From NCBI GenBank assembly GCA_965235115.1, contig OZ249444.1:19406001-19470000 (forward strand): a stretch of DNA of 64,000 nucleotides. Reading direction: 5' to 3'. The translations under genes and the position numbers were made by a program. Shown here piece after piece: positions 51,389 through 62,870 of the stretch. Numbering within the stretch: the stretch's first letter is position 1; every line of letters begins with the position of its first letter. The notes under the pieces were generated by a model. It saw nothing but the letters and a program-made list of their open reading frames with translations. It was not told where the DNA came from and did no database searches. Origin of the DNA: Laetmonice hystrix (Eukaryota).

Positions 51389-53034
51389 TCATGTCTATAC
51401 CCGAGTCGACCAGGTTTGACGTAGCCAGCGTCCCTCGCCTGCCGAGACACTACGGCACCAGGTCACGTGGGGCTCGTTTGAAACATGTACCACCTCCTGG
51501 AGAAGTCACCATCGTCCCCGCCTACTGGAGGGACACTGGAGGGACGTAGGCGTGACGCTAGGGGGCGCGCACTGAGCGTGTCATCTTCCTGTGTTTAGGT
51601 TGACGCCCAGATCACGCTCACTGATACACTTCACTCTAATGGCAGCCCCGCCTTGCCCTTAGATTCCCACGTTATCTACCCTTACTTACCCACCTTATCT
51701 GTGCCGACCTGACAAGGGTTTTAACTGACAGGTATACCCACTCGTCGCGTCCATGACAGCAGACGCCAGATAGCGAGACGTAGGTCCAATCACGTGACAC
51801 ACAAGTGACGTCACTCACAAACTCGGGCAAGGCTGGCGACAAAACGCGTCTTGTACATGAGAAATAGGGAAAAAGTCGGCAGAGATGAAGCTGAATATTA
51901 GACTCTATAATCTCCTCTGCTAATTTCCTACTTGTAACGCCGAAATCCCTGCGCATGTACTATAAATCTCTCTTCTCACTACACTCCCTCAGCGCAGGGG
52001 TTTTCTCTATTCCTAATAAGTTTTCAAAAGGGGAAGTAGCCAGAAGGAAACTATCAAAAACTTGACCACGAAGGCTGAAGAGAAATGGGGGTTGTCTGAC
52101 GAAGAAGTTTGGAAACCACTGCGTCTCCGCGCGGGCATCGTTGGCGCAGTCAGCCTGATCTCTGCCTAGGGTTTACCCCCTCCAATCCTACCCCCCACCA
52201 AACCCTACCCCCACCCCGGTTCGGTGCCCTGCGTTGCCTGGTCACACATGCTGGCCATATGCTCAAACCCCGGTGACTCGGTGCATTACGACCGCCAACA
52301 CGCATTTCGCCTCAATACTGGTGGCAAAAACTGACGACGACCCAGAATTCTGGCGTATGGTCCACAGCCGGCAACGACAACCATCACTGGGGATTTTACC
52401 TCTAAATCAACCCTCCGTCACTTCTTCCAACCCTCTCACTTAGTCATCCAAAAGATACCTAGATATCTTCGTATCATTGATGACTTTACGTCAATGGATT
52501 GGTGTGAGAGGTTGGAAATGTATTAGGATCACGTCGATTGGTTGGTCCTTCCGTCGCCCCAGCTGCGCGCGCAGATAGACGTAAAGCGGCATAATGATTC
52601 TCCCTCACGACAACAGATGGCGTTGTTCAATCAGTTTATAGGGGCTATCGCGCATGCCTGGGTGCCCCAAGACGACCACCTGATGGAGCCACTGTAGGCG
52701 ACTACATTTTATGGCTCATTCTCCTCCGTCACTTTGGTCCCATTCATCAACAACCTCGTCTTTTTCAAAACTTTATTATTATTACTTTTTTATATCATGT
52801 GAGCCCACATAATGTACTTTCCCAATCCTATCTCTCGCCCGTGTTGTCCACGTGTAGACTGGAGTTGGGCGAGTGGGTGCCCTAAGTCGTAGGCCTACAT
52901 GTTGACGTCTAAATCCCAGCCCTGTGTTCAGACCGTCTTAAAGATCCCATTCCCCGGGGTGTCCTTACGACCCTCACACACCGCGTGGTCGATCCTACCC
53001 CCGACCTGTTGATCTGACCCGGCTCACACAACAA

Positions 53035-53048
53035 GCGCCACCTGGCGG
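53035..53048 (-). promoter_or_regulatory. CTCF-consensus motif CCGCCAGGTGGCGC
   Basis: Exact consensus match on the minus strand. Confidence 0.55.
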
Positions 53049-53471
53049 GCTGTAAGGCCCATAAATCCCCGCTGTTTGGATCAAATGGGACTGATGGCGG
53101 CCAATATAACGTCCCCTCACGTGGACAGTTTAACCTGCTGCTATTCACACCACAGTGCAGATGTTTCAGGCAGTAGTTTGTATACATGAAGGTTACAGCC
53201 CCATCCCACCCCCGCCGGGTGGGGTATAGGGTGATTGCCGGTGTGTCGCGGGAGGGGGCCGGGGGTATGACTCGGCACGTGGCTGACCAGCGCCCGGTGC
53301 TGGCCAGCGCCACCCGCCGCTGTGCTCGGCCTAAGATCGGGGTTTGATGACACTGAACCAGCCGTGATATTTAATGGTGCCGAGAAGCACGCGCAGACAA
53401 GGGGCGTGTGCTGTTAGATCTGGTGGTCGGTCGTCAACAAAGGCTATGTAGAACGTCGAGGTAATCTGACG

Positions 53472-54757
53472 GATAAAGGGGCAGGGTTGAGGGTCAGTCT
53501 CTGGCACTTCTCTACCAAGCTTCAATACAGATAAAGGGGCAGGGTTGAGGGTCAGTCTCCGGCACTTCTCTACCAAGCTTCAATACAGATAAAGGGGCAG
53601 GGTTGAGGGTCAGTCTCCGGCACTTCTCTACCAAGCTTCAATACAGATAAAGGGGCAGGGTTGAGGCTCAGTCTCTGGCACCTCTCTACCAAGCTTCAAT
53701 ACAGATAAAGGGGCAGGGTTGAGGGTCAGTCTCCGGCACTTCTCTACCAAGCTTCAATACAGATAAAGGGGCAGGGTTGAGGGTCAGTCTCTGGCACCTT
53801 CTCTACCAAGCTTCAATACAGATAAAGGGACAGGGTTGAGGTTCAGTCTTTGGCACTTCTCTACCAAGCTTCAATACAGATAAAGGGGCAGGGTTGAGGT
53901 TCAGTCTTTGGCACATTCTCTACCAAGCTTCAATACAGATAAAGGGGCAGGGTTGAGGGTCAGTCTCTGGCACTTCTCTACCAAGCTTCAATACAGATAA
54001 AGGGGCAGGGTTGAGGGTCAGTCTCTGGCACTTCTCTACCAAGCTTCAATACAGATAAAGGGGCAGGGTTGAGGGTCAGTCTCTGGCACTTTCTCTACCA
54101 AGCTTCAATACAGATAAAGGGCCAGGGTTGAGGGTCAGTCTCTGGCACTTCTCTACCAAGCTTCAATACAGATAAAGGGGCAGGGTTGAGGTTCAGTCTC
54201 TGGCACCTTCTCTACCAAGCTTCAATACAGATAAAGGGGGAGGGTTGAGGGTCAGTCTCTGGCACTTCTCTACCAAGCTTCAATACAGATAAAGGGGCAG
54301 GGTTGAGGTTCAGTCTTTGGCACTTCTCTACCAAGCTTCAATACAGATAAAGGGCCAGGGTTGAGGGTCAGTCTCTGGCACTTCTCTACCAAGCTTCAAT
54401 ACAGATAAAGGGGCAGGGTTGAGGTTCAGTCTCTGGCACCTTCTCTACCAAGCTTCAATACAGATAAAGGGGCAGGGTTGAGGGTCAGTCTCTGGTACTT
54501 CTCTACCAAGCTTCAATACAGATAAAGGGGCAGGGTTGAGGTTCAGTCTCTGGCACTTCTCTACCAAGCTTCAATACAGATAAAGGGGCAGGGTTGAGGG
54601 TCAGTCTCTGGCACCTTCTCTACCAAGCTTCAATACAGATAAAGGGGCAGGGTTGAGGGTCAGTCTCTGGTACTTCTCTACCAAGCTTCAATACAGATAA
54701 AGGGGCAGGGTTGAGGCTCAGTCTCTGGTACTTCTCTACCAAGCTTCAATACAGATA
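53472..54757. repeat. 58-bp minisatellite x about 22 (one AAGCTT per unit)
   Basis: GATAAAGGGGCAGGGTTGAG at 53472, 53530 and onward, with occasional 1-bp indels. Confidence 0.97.
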
Positions 54758-55489
54758 GATTGGCTTGCTGACCCCATCAGATTGATATACAGTTTTGACA
54801 AATCTCTATGCAGGCTACCTCATGTCTAACAGAATGTGTTTGTTTTCAATACCCTTCATTGAAACCCACATTAACCTTGATGATTTTGATATCATTCGTG
54901 AATCTCCTCACGTTATGACTTCATTTAACCGTTCACCTTGATATCAGATCTAATATAATAGTAATCGATCCAAGGTACTTTATAAAATGACAGCCAGAGA
55001 AGAAACGTCCTCAGATTTTTCTTGTTCATGTTGTGAGAATAATAATCTGGACCTTTCACAAGGCAAACTAAAAACAATATTTATCTGTGATTTTGATATG
55101 TCAGCGGATATGAGCACTGACGCCGGCAGTGAGAGGAATGGAACGCCAGCGTCTCCGGAAGCAGCGACCAGCTCATATCAGGGGCCCCGCCAATAAATAT
55201 CAATTAATAGCCGTCCTCGCGGGTCTGTCAAGTGCCTATCTGTGGATCACATTGCTGACAGAAGTACAATATGAGGATTAGTGTACATGGAAGAATTGGC
55301 CACCGAGAGTACTGATGAAAACTGATTGAACAAAGAGTGGAGGATGGAATGTACTGTGTGGTTGGACATTCTGATGGCGCTTCTGTTGGGTGACTGTCGA
55401 TGACTTATTGATAATAACACAATCAACAAGGAGACAGCTTCTACCATTCTCTGATTCGTGAACTCAAGGGTTTCATTATATCCCAGATG

Positions 55490-55972
55490 TCAAATGTATT
55501 CAGACTTGGGGCCGTGTTATTGAGACAGATTACTGAACTGAAAGGTTCTGTCTTAGAGACCTTAAAATGTATTAACGGGCGGACCTTGTTATTGAGACAG
55601 ATCAGTGAACTAAGGGGTTCTGTCTCAGAGACCATCAAGTTGTATTAAATGGTGGTGGCCGTGTTATTGAGACAGATCAGTGAACTAAACTGCCCCAGTC
55701 CCAGAGACCGAAAGTGTATTAAGGGTTGTGGCCGTGTTATTGAGACAGATCATTGAACTAAAGGGCTCCTGTCTCAGAGACCGTCAAGTGTATTAAGGGT
55801 TGGGATGTGTTATTGAGACAGATCGTTGAACTAAAGGGCTCCTGTCTCAGAGACCGTCAAGTGTATTAAGGGTTGGGGATGTGTTATTGAGACAGATCAT
55901 TGAACTAACGGGCTCCTGTCTCAGAAACCGTCAAGTGTATTAAGGGTTGGGGATGTGTTATTGAGACAGATG
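55490..55972. repeat. About 73-bp degenerate tandem repeat x about 7
   Basis: TGAGACAG at 55521, 55593, 55668, 55741, 55814, 55888 and 55962; most units also carry the inverse CTGTCTCA. Confidence 0.9.
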
Positions 55973-56550
55973 ACGGCTGACCTGGTGTTCCTGTCACGCA
56001 GTGTGATGGGTGGAAACATTAAACCCCGTGTCATCTCGTTGGATCGTCGGTCTATTGTTGTCCGACCGCTGCCAGAACGGCCGACTGATATGGATGATGT
56101 ATTGCTTTCAATAAAATCTAATGGAGAAGGAGAGACGAGCGTGAGAATATTGTGAGATGGTGAGCCATTGTTTGTCACCACGTTGGCTGATAGATGGCGG
56201 TACGCACCCGAGTTTTATTAGATGGTTAACAAATGGTGGCCGCGTGAGCAGCATTGAGCAGGGGAATATGTGTGTGTGTGGTGAGGGGCGGGGAGGGCAT
56301 ATAGACGGTTGTGATTAAAAGATCACTTCCAAGATTACCTCAAGATGTAAGGTCCGACTATGGAGAGTCACAATGAGTACTCATTTGAAACACCTTCTTC
56401 GCTTACGGCACAATTATGTGCAACAATTATTTGGATGCATGCATAGAATTATATATATAGGCCGTATAAGTATCAATTTATGTTAGTGGTGATCCAGGGG
56501 GGGGGGGGGGGGTTAGGGGCAACCCCGCCTTGGTAATCAACCTTTATGAT

Positions 56551-57657
56551 AGGAACGACCATACTCTGTATGAGACAGTGGATGGGTGAGTATAACGACC
56601 ATACCTGTATGAGACAGTGGGTGGGTGAGTATAACGACCATACCTGTATGAGACAGTGGGTGGGTGAGTATAACGACCATACCTGTATGAGACAGTGGGT
56701 GGGTGAGTATAACGACCATACCTGTATGAGACAGTGGGTGGGTGAGTATAACGACCATACCTGTATGAGACAGTGGGTGGGTGAGTATAACGACCATACC
56801 TGTATAAGACAGTGGGTGGGTGAGTATAACGACCATACCTGTATGAGGCAGTGGGTGGTGAGTATAACGACCATACCTGTATGAGACAGTGGGTGGGTGA
56901 GTATAACGACCATACCTGTATGAGACAGTGGGTGGGTGAGTATAACGACCATACCTGTATGAGACAGTGGATGGGTGAGTATAACGACCATACCTGTATG
57001 AGACAGTGGGTGGTGAGTATAACGACCATACCTGTATGAGACAGTGGGTGGGTGAGTATAACGACCATACCTGTATGAGACAGTGGGTGGGTGAGTATAA
57101 CGACCATACTCTGTATGAGACAGTGGGTGGGTGAGTATAACGACCATACCTGTATGAGACAGTGGGTGGGTGAGTATAACGACCATACCTGTATGAGACA
57201 GTGGGTGGGTGAGTATAACGACCATACCTGTATGAGACAGTGGGTGGGTGAGTATAACGACCATACCTGTATGAGACAGTGGGTGGGTGAGTATAACGAC
57301 CATACATGTATGAGACAGTGGGTGGGTGAGTATAACGACCATACCTGTATGAGACAGTGGGTGGGTGAGTAACGACCATACCTGTATCAGACAGTGGGTG
57401 GGTGAGTATAACGACCATACCTGTATGAGACAGTGGGTGGGATAACGACCATACCTGTATGAGACAGTGGGTGGGATAACGACCATACCTGTATGAGACC
57501 GTGGGTGGGTGAGTATAACGACCATACCTGTATGAGACAGTGGGTGGGATAACGACCATACCTGTATGAGACAGTGGGTGGGTGAGTATAACGACCATAC
57601 CTGTATGAGGCAGTGGGTGGGTGAGTATAACGACCATACCTGTATGAGACAGTGGGT
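56551..57657. repeat. 39-bp minisatellite x about 28 (GGGTGGGTGAGTATAACGACCATACCTGTATGAGACAGT)
   Basis: 13-aa periodicity in the track ORFs (MRQWVGEYNDHTC and others). The long 438/455-aa ORFs are read-throughs of this array. Confidence 0.97.
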
Positions 57658-58849
57658 TGGCGAGTAAAGAGCGATAAAAATGAGAATGAGCGATAAAAAT
57701 AGCGATAAATGATAACAATAGCGATAGAAAGAGTACTTGAGTGCAGGTATAGGCGGGAGAGCTTTCAGCAGAACTATAACTCGATCCAAGGTTTAATATG
57801 AGCGGGTCTGTGATTCCATCCGATAGAAGGGATCTAGATGAGGGTGCGATTGTTGGCGACGTCTGACAGCAGTGATTTGTGGGAAGGCCTCCGACCGACG
57901 ACAAAGGGGACGGAGAGGCCGACGGACCCCACAGACAGGATATCGGTCGACGGACGTCAGCCTCGTCTCCAAGGTAGCGCCAAGGTCTCGCAGTGGGGCG
58001 CGAGACGAGAACTCTCTAATGAGACAGAAATCGACAAGCCTGCACCTCATCAGCGCACTCCCAGTGGCCATCCTGCTTATTTTCATCGCAAATGGGAGTC
58101 TCAAAGACGTCTGACGGTGGCAGAGTTCGCTGGAGCCACGCCGGAGATGGGCCTGAGGAGGGCTGGGCTCGCAGGAGGCCGGCGTCCATTAACACGGGCC
58201 CGGTTAGAAGGTCGGTGGCGCCCGGTCCGTCGATTACCGATCGGCGGGGGGTTCCGTGCACGGACTCCCGCCTGCTGCCTGCCTAACGACACGCTTTCTA
58301 TGGACGTGCCGGGACGTTGTTCGGACCCTGTGATTAGGCGGACGGAACGACTAAACGAGGCTCGGGGAGCACGGTATAGAAGGGAAATGGAGGAAAAGCT
58401 GGAAATGGCTCAGGTTGGCGGCCAATGGGGACGGAGCGGAGCGGGCCACGGGAGGCTGAAATGTTCGCCACTGGAGGGCGCTACGATCAGGTGGGAGGGC
58501 GTGGAGAAGTTGGGTCAGTGATCTCGATCAGGGGCGGTGAGCCACGGGGCACACAGCGGGGGGAGGGGTGGCGGCGGGGCAGGGGGTTCAAACCCATAGC
58601 GCACCCCGCAGTGGACCCAGGTGCGGGTAACCTATAATGGTGGGTCAATAAGGACGTCGACGGTCGGGGGGTAAGTCCATCCCCCAGGTACGAGGTGAGA
58701 GATGGGGTGGAGTATACAGGGTAATAGGGAGGGTGTGCTGTGCTCACTCAATCACTGAGGGTATAACGACCTCACACGTATAGTGTTGAGAAAACTTGAC
58801 ATTTTGACACCATGAACGCGGATATAGCGGTCCAAGTGGCCGCAGGCGA

Positions 58850-59282
58850 GTCCAAGGTGGTTCAATATAGTGGGGACCTGTAAGTAGTGTGTCCAAGGTG
58901 GTTCAATAGTGGGAACCTGTAAGTAGTGTGTCCAAGGTGGTTCAATAGTGGGAACCTGTAAGTAGTGTGTCCAAGGTCGTTCAATAGTGGGAACCTGTAA
59001 GTAGTGTGTCCAAGGTCGTTCAATAGTGGGAACCTGTAAGTAGTGTGTCCAAGGTGGTTCAATATAGTGGGAACCTGTAAGTAGTGTGTCCAAGGTGGTT
59101 CAATAGTGGGAACCTGTAAGTAGTGTGTCCAAGGTGGTTCAATAGTGGGAACCTGTAAGTAGTGTGTCCAAGGTGGTTCAATAGTGGGAACCTGTAAGTA
59201 GTGTGTCCAAGGTGGTTCAATAGTGGGAACCTGTAAGTAGTGTGTCCAAGGTGGTTCAATAGTGGGAACCTGTAAGTAGTGT
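58850..59282. repeat. 39-bp minisatellite x about 11 (GTCCAAGGTGGTTCAATAGTGGGAACCTGTAAGTAGTGT)
   Basis: 13-aa periodic pseudo-ORFs. The sequence is unrelated to the 39-mer at 56.5 kb. Confidence 0.96.
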
Positions 59283-59356
59283 ATGAAAGAATCGTTTACA
59301 TCAGGCGAGCTGTCCGCGTGTGTACTGGCTATAACACGGGCTAATATGTGTTTTCA

Positions 59357-59365
59357 AGAGAGACG

Positions 59366-59396
<31 letters not shown>

Positions 59397-59400
59397 AGAG
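59357..59400. repeat. (GA)n microsatellite
   Basis: Read directly. Confidence 0.93.
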
Positions 59401-59539
59401 CGAGCACGCGAACGCTGTGGATACTGATGCAGATGCTTGTTAAACACCCTTACCCTGGTTCTATAAATAAAAAATAAAACGAATAAAACCGGTAGGCCCT
59501 ATAGAGGCATGGGGGAAGGCCCTAATCAAAACCATTCGC

Positions 59540-60500
59540 AGAGCAGGCACGTGATCCGATAAGAGTCGTCATAAAATGTTGTATGATCTCGCCGGTAGGT
59601 GGGGCGGCGCTGTGCCGGCGGGAGCTCGTACAGCCGAGACGTCAGACTCGTGTATGACACGTCCCTCACATCGGGGTGTGATCACGTGTCATCGCTAGCG
59701 TTCCTACTCCTCAGGTTCCGGTCGCCGTAACCAGGTGCATGCCGGGACGCCGCAGGGGGGCGCCACTGGTACCCAGCGGTCACGTGATCAACTGCGATTG
59801 ATCAGAAAATGATTGAACTCAAAGCGGCAGAGCGTTTCTTTTGTTATAAGTCGTCCGTGATCTTTTGGCCAGCCTCCAACCTTGAGGTCGGGAAAACTAC
59901 GTCCAGTTCGAGAACTTTTGGGGTTACCTCATCGACTTCAAAGTGGATTCAGACGTGTAGTAGTACACTTTCATCCACCTTGACGCCCCAAAAACCACTC
60001 GCTGTGGATGAGAGGCCAATGACCCTTCTCCCAGTCATGGTGGCATGACGATGTCGGAGACGCTGTGACGTCAGCGGGTGTCGGCGCGCCACCTAGTGGT
60101 GCCAGGTCACAACGCCCTCCCTATAGCGCCGTATCCAGCTCACCAAATATATTAACTGCAACCCAAGCGCCCTCTACTGACGTGATCTATTACTAAAATA
60201 TCCCCTCCACTCAGAATGCCGACAACTTACACAATCAAGTTGTGTTTGGTTTCCCGGAAGGGCGGGTAGCGGTACGCCTGCGCAGTGGAGCGGGTGTTAC
60301 GCGCCATTTCCCGGCGCCGTTCACTATGTCAGTTTGGTGGCCGAGAAACACGTGTGGGCATCTTGGAACACGTCGGGTCTAACCGATACTGACACAGCGG
60401 TCGGCCTCAGCTGACAACAAACATACTCCAACTTCAACTCACGTTTTGTCGGTCCCCCCTCAACACCTGGAGCGCATGCGCCGGCCCACCGCTCACCTCA
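59540..60500. promoter_or_regulatory. CpG-rich promoter-like island (gene not identified)
   Basis: E-boxes (GTCACGTGAT at 59779), CRE TGACGTCA at 60066, CCGGAAG (ETS), CGCCATTT (YY1-like) near 60302, GCGCATGCGC at 60472-60481, and CTCF motifs. Confidence 0.35.
60086..60099 (-). promoter_or_regulatory. CTCF-consensus motif CCACTAGGTGGCGC
   Basis: Exact consensus match on the minus strand. A second, 1-mismatch site (TCAGTAGAGGGCGC) lies at 60167-60180 in the same orientation. Confidence 0.55.
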
Positions 60501-60780
60501 GGCATGCAGGAGAGTGTGCGTTATCAGTAGAGGAAGAGAGGCGATGTCCTTCGAAATCTCACTGATGAAGTTTAGAATATTAAAAGTCATGTAGTTATAG
60601 ATCTAACTACATGTATAACTTTAGCTTTACTCTATATATTCTGTCCTTTCTTTATAAGGGGGAGACCGTTCCCCGACCCCCTATACATTTGGTCCCGGTG
60701 AGCATCCCCCCATACAAACAAAACATTTTTTTCAAAAGACATTTATCTTTTCTCAATGAAACGTCTCTCCGTTAGAACGG

Positions 60781-60800
60781 TGTGTGTGTGTGTGTGTGTG
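60781..60800. repeat. (TG)10 microsatellite
   Basis: Read directly. Confidence 0.93.
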
Positions 60801-61502
60801 AGGAGTTGATTGACAGGTCTGGGGTGTGCAGGAGAAATGTTTGACGGCTGGGAATCTAAATAAAAGGAAGCAAAGTCGTATAGAGTGTGCGCTTTGGTTG
60901 ACACGGGCCCGTATAGCATGCCGATATTATGTTCGTCCTCAGTTCGGACCCCCACCGCAGGGGGGCGCCACAGGGCAGTCATTATCAAAACAATATATAG
61001 AGTATGATAACGAAACCCGACCGAAGGCGCTTCTCTGTGGCCTATGTGCCGAGTGACGATGGGTCCGGTGGGGGAGGGGGGAGGTGACCCCCTCCCCCCT
61101 CGACGTACCGCGTACCCCCCTCACTCCGCCACCCTCATGGGTTGGTGGTAAGATTGATGTAGTCGTACACAGTGAGCGCTGACTCGATCCGGATGGAATG
61201 AAATACACATCAACCATCTTGTGGGAGTCGTGAAATGTGGGGGTCGGTCAGAGTCGGAGACCGAGTCCGGTGGACAGTGAGCGCGGGGACCAGGGTCTCT
61301 GACTCCCGGCAGGACTGAGCGGTCGGCCGGCCACAGACAGACATGACGCCAGTGATACGGTTCCCTCCCGTTCAGCCCAGTACCAGGCTGGGGTTGGGGG
61401 ACACAGCGCGGTGACATAATCACAACCATCCGGTGATGGAGCTCTCCCAGGCTCAGGGATCGAGGTTCTATCTACAGGCGGACGGCTGGGGTCCACGATG
61501 GA

Positions 61503-62196
61503 GTGACCGGGCACTGTGGACTGACTGGCCGACATGAGACCTGGACATTGGATCCGGCCTGTCTAGTGACCGGGCACTGTGGACTGACTGGCCGACATGA
61601 GACCTGGACATTGAATCCGGCCTGTCTAGTGACCGGGCACTGCGGACTGACTGGCCGACATGAGACCTGGACATTGGATCCGGCCTGTCTATAGTGACCG
61701 GGCACTGTGGACTGACTGGCCGACATGAGACCTGGACATTGAATCCGGCCTGTCTAGTGACCGGGCACTGTGGACTGACTGGCCGACATGAGACCTGGAC
61801 ATTGGATCCGGCCTGTCTAGTGACCGGGCACTGTGGACTGACTGGCCGACATGAGACCTGGACATTGGATCCGGTCTGTATAGTGACCGGGCACTGTGGA
61901 CTGACTGGCCGACATGAGACCTGGACATTGGATCCGGCCTGTCTAGTGACCGGGCACTGTGGACTGACTGGCCGACATGAGACCTGGACATTGGATCCGG
62001 TCTGTATAGTGACCGGGCACTGTGGACTGACTGGTCGACATGAGACCTGGACATTGGATCCGGCCTGTCTATAGTGACCGGGCACTGTGGACTGACTGGC
62101 CGACATGAGACCTGGACATTGGATCCGGCCTGTCTAGTGACCGGGCACTGTGGACTGACTGGCCGACACGAGACCTAGACATTGGATCCGGCCTGT
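61503..62196. repeat. 63(-65)-bp minisatellite x about 11
   Basis: 21-aa periodic pseudo-ORF (TGHCGLTGRHETWTLDPACLV); GGATCC in most units. Confidence 0.96.
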
Positions 62197-62770
62197 ATAT
62201 ATATGGTTGGGTCCAGGCCGCTCGGCTATATCAGTGACTAACCGGGCCGACTTCCGCGACCAAGCCACTATACCCTAATTGTGGGGAGATTATCTCTACC
62301 CTCGCCCACTCTCTACGTAAACCACACCCCACCTGATTCGATCGGGACGCAAATCGGTGAATTATGGTAGAGCCAGTTAAAAGCTGCATGCCCCCTGTCT
62401 ACGTCCCCTCCCAATCCGTGGGGTGATCTCCTCCCCCTCCCCTGACTTACCCCACCCAGGCTGTCAGTCTTAGCCCCAAGTGTTGTTGATTCCAGGCCTA
62501 CCCTGTCAATGTTAGGGCCGTAGTTACTGCTCGCCGAACGATTAGCGGTTAACACAGCCAGCCGTACGTCACGGCACCACCAGGTACCGCCCTGCGCACG
62601 CGTAAACCGCTGTGGCAGGCGCGCATGCAGGGTCAGGCGCAGGCGTCCTAAAAAGTACATTTTATTTGGTTCTGTCTGCGCATGTCTGCGCAGAGGTGAT
62701 TTACTTCATCCTGAAAACATATAGGCCTACTCCTGTCGTATAGGGTCTACCTTGTTCCTTGACATAGGTC

Positions 62771-62870
62771 CTTCTTCTTCTTCTTCTTCTTCTTCTTCTT
62801 CTTCTTCTTCGTCTTCTTCTCTTCGTCCTTTTCTTCGTATTCATATCGTTTTTGCCTTCTTCGTCTTCTT
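62771..62870. repeat. (CTT)n microsatellite with a degenerate pyrimidine tail
   Basis: About 13 pure CTT units at 62771-62810, then CTT/CGT variants. Confidence 0.93.

Noticed and set aside
54987-55196. ORF containing DAGSER, also found in Zic exon 2
   Set aside because: The nucleotide sequences differ and the surrounding peptide is unrelated, so it is a chance match rather than a Zic pseudo-exon.
7732-57890. Several Su(H)/RBPJ-type YGTGGGAA sites
   Set aside because: About 7 seen against about 4 expected by chance, scattered and unpaired.
56473-57904. 438- and 455-aa ORFs
   Set aside because: They are translations of the 39-bp array with frameshifting indels and show no domain-like sequence.
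57838-58521. 227-aa ORF between two arrays
   Set aside because: GC-rich, Arg/Gly-biased, with no recognisable RT, recombinase or transposase motif.
61468-62106. 212-aa Cys/Pro-rich ORF
   Set aside because: Artefact of the 63-bp array.
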